From Lama guanicoe (lineage: Eukaryota): 64,000 nucleotides of DNA. A model generated the notes under the pieces. That model made no database searches. It saw nothing but the letters and a program-made list of their open reading frames with translations, and had not been told where the DNA came from. How positions within the stretch are numbered: the first letter of the stretch is position 1; each line of letters opens with the position of its first letter. The position numbers and the translations under genes were made by a program. The stretch lies in contig MU053881.1 in the NCBI GenBank assembly GCA_013239625.1, forward strand, positions 3,536,001 to 3,600,000, written 5' to 3'. Positions 12,156 through 23,490 of this stretch are shown here, piece by piece.

Positions 12156-13594
12156 CTATCATCAAAGGTAACTGGAAAAAAAATACAATAAGATCCTTGG
12201 CCCCAGACACCCCACCCTTGATACCTGAAACCTATCTTCACACTGTTGAATCAGAGAGATGTGAAAAGTAATCTCCCCCGTGTCTCTGGTGCCCTTGAAT
12301 CCCTCCCTCCCCCTAAGTCTTCCCAGTTCTCTGCTCTGTATGAAGGTAGAGGCTGCATCTGAAATGAGATTTCGGGCCATGACATAAACCACATCATCTT
12401 CCAGCTGGTCTCCTTGGGTTCCCACTCAAGCCATCTTTCAATCTATTTTCCCACCCAGGAGACATTACTTTTTAAAAATGTAAATAAGGCCACACTTCAT
12501 CCCTGCCTAACATCTCCTAAAGGCACCCCATTGTGCTTGCAAGACTATTCAGGCTCCTTCTGTGGACCCTAAGGGCCTGCTCAGTGGGGCCCCACCTAAG
12601 CCTCAGATCCATCTCCCGATCACTGGTCCTTTTGCCTGGGACATCGTTCCCTAGACCCGGCTCATAGCAGGTGCCTTCTGCTTCCTTTAGGCCTCAGCTT
12701 AAGTGTCTCTTTATAGAGCCTGGTCCTGGCTTCATCCAAAGTTGCCCCACCCAATGCCCTGCTGTGGACACTACACTGCTCCCTGCCTTCATTCTCTGAT
12801 TTTTCAAATTCATAGCATGTATCAGAATCCACGATCACTGAGTAGGTATTTATATTTTTGTTAATTTTTTTGTCTCCCTAGTCAGAATTTTCACTCCAGA
12901 TGCTTCCACCTCTAGATCAGTGCCATTTGGAACAGAGAAGGCGATCAGATGATGGTTGCGGAACCAGCAAGGGAATGAATGAACACACAGATGAATGAGC
13001 CTCTCTCTGCCTTCAGCTGGAGATGAGATCTCTGCTGGGGACTCTGAGATGAAGCTCTTTTCTGACCTCCATGCTCTTCAGTGGGAGGGTCAGGTGCTGA
13101 CCTCCTCCATCCCGAGCAGAGTCCACTGACCTGCACACACGTAGAAAAATAAACTGGAGAGGAGGCTCTTAATCAAATGCCAAGGAAAGTGTCATTTTCC
13201 TTAAGAATGGGTGAAGTGTCAAGGTAGGTTGGTAAAAACGACAAACACACAAATAAAAAGAAGAACAAACACTCCATAGGAGCTGCTGGATACCTAGACC
13301 TTCAGGTCCCGTCCAGGACCACCGCAGGAGGTGGGCCCTGCTTCCCTGCCTTTCTGTGTCCACACCCTCTGCTTTGTGACTCTGCAGGCTCCCACTCGAG
13401 GGAGGTCTTTCCCTACCCCGGTGACATTGGGCTAGGCCACGTCCAATGGATGGTGAGTTGAAGTGACATAATCAGGGTTTTGAAGTGCATCTGTACCTTG
13501 GGGTGTGTTTTCTTATATCTGTCCCACTGCCGTGAGAAGATGATGCCCAGGTTAGCCCTCTGGTCCCAAGAAGATGAAAGACACTTGGGACAGT

Positions 13595-14092
13595 CATACA
13601 TACAATATAGATGAATATATATAAAGATTCATTTTCATATTCTTTTTCATTATAAAGGCCATTACAAGGTATTGAATATAGTTTCCTGTGCTAGACAGTA
13701 GGACCTTGTTGTTTATCTATTTTATATATAGGAGTTAATATCTGCAAATCCTGAACTGCCAGTTTATCTTTCCACCCCACCCTCTCCCCCCTGGTAACCA
13801 CAAGTTTATTTTCTAAGTCTGTGTGTCTGTTTTTGTTTTGTAAATAAGTTCATTTGTGTCCCTTTTTTTTAGATTCCACATATGAGTGATATCATATGGT
13901 AATTTTCTTTCTCTCTCTGGCTTCACTTCACTTTGTATGATGATCTCCAGGTCTGTCTATGTTACTGCAAATGGCATTATTTTATTCTTTTTTGTGACTG
14001 AGTAGTATTCCATTGTATAAGTATACCACATCTTTACCCAATCACCTGTCAATGGACATTTAGGTTGCTTCCATGTCTTGGCTATTGTATAC
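13595..14092 (-). mobile_element. L1 3' UTR, interrupting an MLT1 fragment (~13330-13590)
   Basis: ttagattccacatatgagtgatatcatatgg...ggacatttaggttgcttccatgtcttggctattgta. Confidence 0.9.
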
Positions 14093-14491
14093 AGTTAACT
14101 CACTTTAAAGCCAAAGTTTTGCAAAGTTTCCTTTTCCTTACCCTCGGAGATCCATCTACCACTTTGCCACGTACTGCTGTGTGCCCTTGAGTACGTCCCA
14201 TAGCCTCTCTGAACCTCTGTTTCCCTATCTGTAATATAAGGGTCTCAGCCCTTGCTGCCTAGATTTTGTGAGGCTTAAAAGGGATGACGGCTGTGGAAGT
14301 GCTGAGAACGTGGCAAAGCAGGTGGAACAGAGAAAACACTATCAGTGCACCTAGAACGTCTTCCCTCTCCCAGTTCAGCCTGGGCTCAATTTCTCTGTCT
14401 TGGGAGCCAGCCTTTTCAGATAAAAATCCCATTTGACTCCCCTTTTCTCATTCTAGCCCATTTTCTTTAAAAATCTTTCTTTCCTTTTCAG

Positions 14492-14624
14492 GAGATAGAG
14501 GCAGGTGGTAAACTGTGAACCAGGTTATGAAAATATCTGCAAATCTTGTGCTGTCTCCAAATATTTCAACATAAATATTTGCTGGAGGCTGGCCCAATTT
14601 CCTGGTCCAAGAGGAGGACAGAAG
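14492..14624 (+). pseudogene. Pseudo-exon: EIEA[frameshift]VVNCEPGYENICKSCAVSKYFNINICWRLAQFPGPRGGQK
   Basis: Strong acceptor tctttctttccttttcag| and consensus donor AAG|gtgagc. A frameshift is inferred near 14501-14505, and the downstream frame equals track ORF 14505..14738. Confidence 0.7.
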
Positions 14625-16104
14625 GTGAGCTTCAAGCTGGATGTGGACGCAAATCTCCTAGAAATCTGTCCTTTGATGGGAAACTTGGTGGATGACATGC
14701 AGTGTGAAGGGCATCAATTTAGCAAAAGGAGGCCATGATGAGTCAGCTGTCTTTTCCCAACTGGTCATCATGCCCACATCATGCCTCCACACCCTCGCAC
14801 ATGCCGTTCTCTGTCAGAACAGCCCTTTCCACCCTGTCTACCTGGGGATTCCTTATTCATCCTCTAAGAAAAACAAGACTAAAGGTCTTCTTTAGAATGC
14901 CTCCCCTAACTGCCTGGTCCCCAGGATTTTCTATTTCGTTCCGCCTGCTCATCACCATCACCACCACCACTAACATCTGTTGGGGGCTCACTCTTGCTCC
15001 GGCATTGCTTAAACACAGCACTCATGACCCTTTCAAGAGGAAACCAAGGCCAATGAGGTGAGGTGACAGCCCAGATCACGTGGCTGGATGTGCAGAGGAG
15101 GGACTGAACAAGACCTGGACAGTGTCTCTGAAGCTTGTGCTCTTGGTCATCACTCCATAGCTCCCCTCTTACCCCATCTGCTCCCCAAGAGCTGGGGAAG
15201 TGCCTTGTTCCCTTCTGTGTTCCCATCACGGGCCCCCACAGAGTAGGTATATAGCAAGTTTATCTGAATGAATGAATGAGTGTATGAATGAGTGACTGGG
15301 AGCTCCCCTAACACAGCTCTAAATAAAAAGCTCAACATATAGAAGTGGCTCCCTGAGTGTTTACTGAAAGAAACGACAACAATATAAAAGAACCACGATT
15401 CCCAAACGTGTTACTGCTTGCTCCTCACAGGTCCTCCTGGCCCCACTGCATCTTTCCAGGCCGTCTCACCCCCCAGCACTATCTGTTGGACTGCGGAGGA
15501 GGGACTAGTTCAGGGCCCAGCCGCATCTCTAGGGCATCCACTCTGCCCCCCGCTTTCTCAGCCAAGGTGCCATGTTTAAGGCTGGGACCTGGTGCATCCA
15601 TGGTATCCCAGGAAAACCCCTCAGTCCTCATCACCCTGTCACTTCCAGGGGCTTTCTCCAGTCACCACTGGCAGCTCCTTCTGAGCCTCAGTCCACGGCC
15701 CTGCTATGTAAGTAGCTTCCAATGACTGAGGGCCTTCTGAGCACCAGACTCTATGCTGAGTCCAAGCACCGTCTCTAATCACCATTGCACTCTCTGCAGC
15801 CAGGGTGCTTCTGCCCATTTTATAGTTGAGAAAACCAAGGGGCAGAGAGACGATGTGGTTCAGAGAGGAATCAAGGCTCTAGCCTAGGTTTTTCTGGTTC
15901 TCAAACTCAAGATTTTTCTGATATCTCAGAGTCGTTCCTTCCTAACCTCAGGTTGTTTTCTGGGACCTTGGTATCCATCTAACTCTTAGTTTCCTGGGGT
16001 TTTGCCTGGTACTCTGGGATCACCAATCTTTGACTTCCATTATGTATAAACATATCACCTGGTGGCTCACCTGTCATCTGGTCAACCCCAATAGCCGCTT
16101 ACAG

Positions 16105-16134
16105 TCAGCCAGATTGGGTCACTACTGCTAGATG
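16105..16134 (+). pseudogene. Pseudo-exon (30 nt): SARLGHYC*M
   Basis: Acceptor gcttacag|, consensus donor ATG|gtaagc. TAG at 16129, plausibly from CAG. Confidence 0.55.
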
Positions 16135-16734
16135 GTAAGCTGAATGGACTGGCTCTTGCTTTCTGGCTCTGTGTGCTGTGCCCTGGATCCGAGGCTGTCC
16201 CCCACCCATCCATCCATGCCTGCCGTCCCCGGAGCCCAGTTTGGCAGCTGCCCAGCTTCCCTCTTCTGCCACCCTAGCCAGCCAGAGCATGCCAAACAGT
16301 GCAACAAACAGAACCCTGACCCCGATCCTGTGGACGTTTCCCACCCACCCCCACCCCACTGCCCCTGCAGCAGCAACAGCAGAAAAATTCTGGCCAGGAA
16401 CATGCGCTCTCCCAGCAATCTGCAAGAAGGCCTTTTGCAATTTGTATCTCCAGCTCAGCTGAAGAAAATGGGAATGGATGGGCTCACTGAGCAGAAAATG
16501 CCAGAAGGCGTTCCAGAGCCCAGAATCCCAAACCCAGGCCTTCTGTGAGGGGACTGAACAGACAGGCAATGCCGGGAGGAAAGTCTTACCCCATGTCAGG
16601 GTATGCAGGCTCAGCGGGATATTTATAAATACTAGAGGATGTATTTTTCCAAGAAGATACTGAGTGTGAATCGGCACAGAGCCACGGGAGGAGTCAGCCT
16701 GTTCACCCTAGAAGCACTTCCTGGCCCTGTGACC

Positions 16735-17880
16735 CACATTCAGTAACTGTTGTCGAGCACCTACTATGTGCTGGGCATAAGGCATGGCACAAGGGAGACA
16801 GCGGTGAATGACCCTGAAAAAGAAAATCCGTATTCTTGTGGTGTTTGGATCCTAGTAATAGCGGAGGTTGGTAAGAACAGAATCAGCTGATAAACACATG
16901 AATAATTATAGGTTGTGATAATGGAACGGAGCCAGCACAAAAAAGAACGGGGGTGTGAGGTAAGCTAATAGGAAGGGGACTCTCCTTGCGGAAGGGGTCA
17001 GGAAGTGCCTCTCTAAGGTGGTTTGGGGAAAGATCTGAAGGATGTGGAGCCAGCCAGGAGAGCAGAGGGCACAACACAAGCAAAGGCCAAGAAGCAGGAA
17101 AGAGCCAGGCACGACTGAGAAGTGGAACAAGCCGACTGGAGGAGATGCCAGGGTAGGCGGGTAGGCGTTTGGCAGATGATGAAGGTGGCAAGGCCAGGAG
17201 GACCGGACCATGTGGGCCAGGCATGAATGGCTGAAAGATTGAGGATTTTTGTCTTAAGAATCAGGGAAGAATTTTTAGGCAAATGAATGACATAGTCCAT
17301 TTTATATATTTTTTCAAGACCCCTCTGGCTGCTGGTAGGCTGGAGGAGAGTGAAAGCTGAGAGGTTACTTAGAAGGGTACTGTGGTCACCAGAAAGAGGA
17401 GATGGCGGTTTGGTTGAGGGAGGGGTGGTAGGTGATTGCAGTAAAGATGAAGACATGCGGGTGTATTCCAGAGGAACTAAAGGTGCAGGAGAAATAGGTC
17501 TTAGGGATAAGCGAGTTCTGAGGGCTCAAAGAGGGAGATGTCTAAACTGATACAACTGAGTGAATTCAGTGCTATTTGCCAAGAGGGAGAAGACCAGGAG
17601 GAAAAGCAGATTGCAGAGGAAGGTAGGGGAGGGGTGTGGAGTTCAGTTTTGGAAGGGCGTACATTTGGACAACACTCTGCTAGAAAGAGTGTTGTAAGTA
17701 GTAGGAAATATGAAAATGCAATTCAGGGGAGAGGCTGCGACTGAAGATGTCACTTCAGGAGTTATCAGCTGAACATGGCTGAAGCCTTGGAACCAGGTAA
17801 GATCATCTGGGGCATTTATGGAGAAAGAGACGAGAACTCGGGGCAAACCCCAAGGAAGCCCAGCATTTAGAGGGGAGGCA
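16735..17880 (-). mobile_element. L2 3' portion
   Basis: Begins cattcagtaactgttgtcgagcacctactatgtgctggg, the reverse of an L2 tail. Purine-rich body. Confidence 0.75.
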
Positions 17881-18099
17881 GGCTGCTTCGCCTCCCTGAC
17901 CCTCACAGTTCCCATCTGTAAAATGGGACGGTAATCAAATCTACCTTCCAGGAGGAGCACAAAGAATGCTGGTCCCCTTTTCTTTCTCCTAGTTGGGCAC
18001 GTTGGTTTAAGGACTTGGCTTGAGAGTCCGGCCCTGCCTCTCACTCTTGTGTGATTTGGGGCTGTGATATTTGTGTGTTCCAAGCACTTTTCCAGATCT

Positions 18100-19280
18100 G
18101 TTTTCTTTCTCCACCTTCCTCCGTGAGCACACGTACCAGGGACGTCTTACTCTCCTGCTGTCCTCCCACCTCTCTGGTTGCTCCCCTTCCAGGCTTCAAA
18201 GTTTGCTTGGAGTGCCCCAGGGCTCTATTCTGGACCCAACCACTGGGGACACACTCTCCCTAGGTGCCCACGTCCATCTCCCTACCTCTAAAGACCACCT
18301 CATACCACTGTCTATGAGGTCTGCAGCCCCAGCTCTGCCCTTTCCAGAGAACTCCAGGCCGCCCATTGAGCATCTCCACAGCAGTGTCCATTGGAAACTA
18401 CAATTTAACACGACCTAAATTGTCCTTCCTTCATCCTTCCACCAACCTGTGAAAGGTCTCACTGCATGCCCAACTGTTCAACTTCAAAAGTCAAGGTGTG
18501 AGCCTCGATGCTACTCTCTTCACCCTCTGCACTCAATCCATCAGTATGTCCCAGCAACTCTGTCTCCAAAAGGGATCCCTCATCCATTCAAGTCCCTCAT
18601 GGCTACCGCCACTCTCCTCGTCTGGGTTTCATCTCCTGCGGGGACAGCTCCGAGAGCCTCCTCCCTGACCTCCCTGCTTCTGCTCCTGCCTTTCTGAAGT
18701 CATTCAGGGGATCTTTGTAAAATGTGAATGGGATTATCTCCCTCCCTTACTTCTGACTCTCCAATGTTTTCCATCACCCTTGAAATAAATCTCAAACTCC
18801 TCACTGGTATGCCCAGCCCTACATCACCTAGTCCCTTCCTGTCTCCAGCCTCGTCTGAGAACACACTGACCAGGGTCCCACCATGCTTCAGCCACACTGG
18901 CCTCCTTTCTCGTCTCACGCACTGAGGTCAGTACCATGGCGCCACCTCAGCCCAGACTTCCACCCTCTGCCTGGGGTGGCCTGGCCCCTGGTCTTTGCAA
19001 AGTTGGTTCCTTTTTGACACTCAGCCTCACTCTCAGTCTCAGGTCCTGCCCAATCTCTGCTTTCAAGGAGCCTCCCAGGCCCCCTCACATGTGCAGAGTC
19101 TTTTATCAACATCTGGGGTTTCCTTGTTGGTTTGTTTATGTTTTAGTTTGTCTATTCCTCGCTGCCGAGAAGAAAGTCCTGTCGGAGCAGGGACCCCTCA
19201 GTTCTGTTTACTGCTGTGCTCAGAGCTGTCCTGGCACATGGCAGAGGGTTGTTAGATATCTGTGAATAAGTGAATGAAGG
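18100..19280 (+). mobile_element. L2 3' portion
   Basis: gtgccccagggctctattctgg...ctcaaactcctcactgg...cctggcacatggcag...gtgaataagtgaatgaa. Confidence 0.8.
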
Positions 19281-19391
19281 AGACTCATTTTATAAGCAAG
19301 AGCGAGAGAGAGAATAAGAGTAGTCACAGTAGCTAACACTTGTGAGTTCTTCCCATGAATTTATCATTTAACCTTCACTGCATCCCTGTAA

Positions 19392-19613
19392 CCATGGGCT
19401 TCCAACCTCAGCGCTACTGACAGTTTGGACTAGATAATTCTTTGTGTGAGGGATTGCCCTGTGCGCTGTTAAATACTTATCAGCATTCCTGGCCTGTACC
19501 CACCAGATGCCAGTAAGAGCAACACACCCACCAGTTGAGACAACCAGAAATGTCTCCAAACATTGCCAAATGTCCCCTGGGGGAAAAAAAATCACCCTTG
19601 GTTGCAACCACTG
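19392..19613 (+). mobile_element. MER20 hAT MITE nested in a MIR (~19320-19730)
   Basis: aacctcagcgctactgacagtttggactagataattctttg...caaatgtcccctggggg...ggttgcaaccactg. Confidence 0.85.
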
Positions 19614-20791
19614 CTCTAAGGAATTGTACCTCTAAAGCACTGTTACGAAGTCCCCATGTTACAGTTGGAGAAAGTATGACACAGAGAGATTAAGCCAATT
19701 GCTCAAGATCGTAGAGACAACACGTAGATGAGGACCAGGGCCATGGTGTGGGCAGGGCAGGACCTAAAAACAGGCTGGGACACCGGGCCTGACAATCAGA
19801 CAGTTCCTGGCCTGGAGTCAGTGGCCAGGAAAGGTCAGGCTGAGGATCAAACATCAATTATCAAAGTGTGTTTCAGATTGAAAATCTTGTCCAGGATCAG
19901 GGAAACAGGTGGGTGTTAGGGGTGTTACTGAAGACATGGGACCACTCCACTGCTCACTCACCCATTCACAAAGCATCCACTGGTGACAGGACTCATCCTC
20001 AAGGCTAGGGTTCTCAGGGTGGGATCGGGGGCAGGTCCTTCCCCAAAGGCTTGGAGTAAGCTGTGGACAGAAAGTCAAAAGTGAATGGAAATGATAGAAA
20101 CACAATTATATTATAACTAACAATTATGGTGGGATTCCTACGGGCCTAGCGTTTTCCGTGCATTTAATCCTCACAATCGTAGCATCATCCCCAGTTGACA
20201 GATGAGGAAATTGAGGCACAGGGAGGTTAAACCATTTGTCCAAGGTCAGAGATCTAGATGAGTGAAGGGAACAAAGTTCAAACCCAAGTTTCCAGACCCC
20301 AGAGTCTATGTCTCTGTATTTTAGGCTCTTCCTCTTGTCACAGGGGACGGGCACAGAGCAGAATGGAGATGGTCACCAAGTTCAACAGCTGGAGGGGTGG
20401 TACTTCCTTCTCTCTTCCTCTTCCTTCTTCCTCCTCTTCCTCTTCTTCACCTCTTCTTATTATTTGTAATAAAAACCTACCACTTGGCAAGGAGGAGACC
20501 TGGATTGGAAGACAAAGAAAGAGGAAAAGCAAATGACTCAAAAAGAAAATGAGCCTTCTCACCAAATCTATGACCCGTGGATCTGGGGCAAGTCACTTGG
20601 CCTCCCCAAGGCTGATTTCCTTCCTCTTCCAGCGGGGAGGTTCGCCACCCCCAGCTCACAGATAATTTGTGTGAAGTTTCTTTGTAAACTGTGATGGGCT
20701 GAGCAAAGGTCAACTTCTACTTCTACAGATCCGACCGTCATTTAATCAGGGTTGTGGAAAAACCATACTCTCAAATGCTGTGTTTCCTTAG

Positions 20792-20899
20792 ACGGGCGAT
20801 GAGGGCACAGATGAAGCTGACCTTGTGAGTGTTTTCAAGGTGGCATTGGGTGTAGTTGCAAAATCCGGAGGAGTGGTGGAAGCACCTTCCAAAATATGA
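20792..20899 (+). pseudogene. Terminal coding pseudo-exon: TGDEGTDEADLVSVFKVALGVVAKSGGVVEAPSKI*
   Basis: Acceptor tgtttccttag|, then 35 open, protein-like codons and TGA at 20897-20899. Confidence 0.65.
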
Positions 20900-22277
20900 C
20901 CTGCAGATCCTCTTGTCCCAGCCAGCGGGGCCCCAGCGGGAAGCGCCGTCCTGGCTGCCGTCTGCGCGGGGGGAAGCCTCGGACGATAACAGGCAGCAAG
21001 AATGGAAGCACAGCGGTCACACAGAGTGTGCCCTGGGTGGCTGAGCTGTACCCTCCCCACCAAGGCCCCCAGGCGTCTCTGCAGCCACCTCCTGACCGTT
21101 CTCTTCTTGAGTCCCCAGTAGCTGCCCTGTCTGGGTGGCCCATGAGAGCGTTGACTCCCCAGGGCTTCCAAAGCATTTTCTCAGGATGATGGAGATTATT
21201 CACCCCTGACCCTCTAACTACTCTGCTAAGTACAGCCCGGGCCCGCTGACCTTTGCTCCGTGATCCTCTGTCACCCCTCTCAGCTACGAGCACTTTTTCC
21301 CATGATGGTGCAGGAAGTTTATGTCAAAACCCATTAGCTGTGTGAGCTGCTGCGAGAAAGCAAAGCTCCCCTTAGTTGCAGGAAACGTTTTGCTGGGGAT
21401 TCATTCTGACCACAGCATGATTTCTTAGTAAAATTCTGTTCTGTCCCCCACCCAAGTGAAGTTGCCCAATGTCCACTGGGGCCCAGGAGCAGGATGAAAA
21501 GGGGCAGAAGGAAATCCAGAGAGCTCAGCAGCCCCACCCCCTGCATTTGGGGGGGTGTTCATGTGCCAAAGCAGTGTGGCGTCCACCGCCACCTTCCCCA
21601 CACAGCCTGGCCCAAGCCTGTCTTGTGTGTGACGGTCCCCCTGGTAAAGTAACAGCACAAGCCCCCCCAGGAACATCTCTGGGTCAGGGTCAGTGCCGGG
21701 CCCAGGGACATGCGGGGCATAATGGTCCTTATCCGGAACTGCTCACTGGCTGATGGCGGAAGTCAACAGTTATTTCCAGTGGGACAAGTGGAATGGAAGA
21801 AAAAGAAAATTCTGTGAGGGGCCAGAGGCAGGAAAATTTGCCCAGCTGGGAACCTAAAAGCTTTATGGGAAAGCAACTACTTTTTTTTTTTTATTGTTGG
21901 TGTTCAAACCAAAGTAATATTTGCTCATGGTTAGAAAATCAAACAGTGGGAAAGGATTTAAAATGGAAAGAAGCCATCAAAAGGAAATAATTCTTGAGTG
22001 GAATTTTGAACATGAAGCCAAAGTGAGCTGGGAAAAGAGAGTGAAGGGAGGAGAGGGTGCTCTAGGGAAGGCTACAGTGTGGACAAAGGCATGGAGACAA
22101 GAAAGAAGATGGTGTTGAGAGGCAGGTGAATGGGTTGTTGCTGTCAGACCATATGCTATGGAGAAGGGAGTGCTGGTGAGGCTGGAGGGGGCAGGGGGCT
22201 GGCACCGACCTTCCAAACTGTCTAAAGAGTGTAGACTGCATCTTGTGGACGATGGGGAACCGTGGGAAACTTCAGGG

Positions 22278-22505
22278 CAATGTTTCTCAACTGGGGATGA
22301 TTTTCCACCCCCGGGGGCACATTTGACAATGTCTGGAGACATTTTAGCTGTCTCAGCTGGAAGGTGGGAGGGGTACAGTCCTGCTGGCATCTAATGGGCA
22401 GAGGCCAGGGATGTCACCAAACTCCTTACAACATAAAGGACAGCACCCCATAGTGAAGGATTTCCCATTCCAAAATGTTAATAGTCCTGAGGTTGAGAAA
22501 CCCAA
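22278..22505 (-). mobile_element. MER20 hAT MITE
   Basis: tttctcaactgggga...gggggcacatttgacaatgtctggagacatttt...gaggttgagaaaccc. Confidence 0.85.
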
Positions 22506-23029
22506 TTTAGGGCAGTGAGTCACCCAGTCAGATCAGCTGGTCTCAGTGGTCCCTCCAAATCCAACCGAAAGCACATCAGCTCCCACGGAGGGGGCAGTCT
22601 TACCAAAACTGTTTATTAGAATTGACATTTGTCTCTCTCACTGCCCAGTCAGTGGACCGGTGCCAAGAGAGGCGTCTCACAGACCTGAGTTTAAGGCTTA
22701 GCTCTGTTGTGTCACAACGGTCACCTGGTGCAGGATATCTACAACCTCCTGGAGAACGGATTCCTGTGTTTAAATGAGTGTGGGAGCATCCATCCCACAG
22801 ACACCCCCGGACAGTACAGTTCTGAAGGTAGTAACACAAGCACGTTATCTTCCCCTTTTGCTTTTGAAACCAATAGTCTTAACATCCAATTAGGAATTTG
22901 AGTTTAATAACTGAAGGGACTGTGACTTGAACATCTGTGCATTCATTTGCTCCCTACCCTGGGACTCTCACTCTGATTCAGAATTTGGTTAACATAATTT
23001 ATAGCTTTCCTGCTGGTGACATCTTAAAA

Positions 23030-23490
23030 TGAATTCTACCAAAGCACGGTTGACCCCAAATAAAATGCACCCATTTGTACAGATGGATGAGCTTTGACAA
23101 ATTTATATACCCATATATCCATCACCATAATCAAGATACAAAGCGCTTCCATCACCCCAGAAAAGTTCCCTTGTGCCCTTTGCAGTCAGTCCCCCTCCCT
23201 CCCCAGCCCCAAGGCAACCTTGATCTGCTTTGTGTCACTAGAAAGGATTTGCCTTACAGAGTCATCCAGGGTGTGCCCTTTTGTGCCTCGTTTCTTTCAG
23301 CCCAGTGTTCCTGAGATTCCTCCATACTGCTGTGTGTGTCAATACTTCTTTCCCTCTTTTTCCTGAGGGGTCTTTCTCTGCACGGATGTACCACAGTCTG
23401 TTTACCTGATCATCTGTTGATGGACATTTGGATTGTTTGCGTTTTTTGTTGTTGTTATAAATAAAGCTGTTATGGACATGTGTGTATTTG
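23030..23490 (-). mobile_element. Old L1M 3' fragment
   Basis: aaaatgcacccattt...gagctttgacaaat...tgttgatggacatttggattgtt. Confidence 0.7.

Larger units (their letters stand above)
1295..20899 (+). pseudogene. Candidate multi-exon unitary pseudogene (3' portion, ~13 exons, ~380 codons) of an unidentified protein with a Cys-rich C-terminal half
   Basis: Repeat-free, often CpG-retaining segments bounded by pyrimidine-tract/AG and GT(GC) sites at 1295-1487, 2270-2330, 2473-2614, 3794-3886, 4833-4865, 6593-6621, 6787-6834, 7248-7278/7287, 9883-10017, 10252-10360, 14492-14624, 16105-16134, 20792-20899. They join into one protein-like frame with 8 internal stops and 1 frameshift. Built by manual splicing, with no homology search. 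Confidence 0.7.

Noticed and set aside
16105..16677. Longest ORF in the track (190 aa, - strand) and overlapping + ORFs
   Set aside because: No recognisable domain. GC-rich sequence gives open frames on both strands. Only the 30-nt + strand pseudo-exon has splice support.
20788..21293. Overlapping 127 aa and 152 aa - strand ORFs
   Set aside because: They are antisense shadows of the terminal pseudo-exon and GC-rich flank, with no protein-like features.
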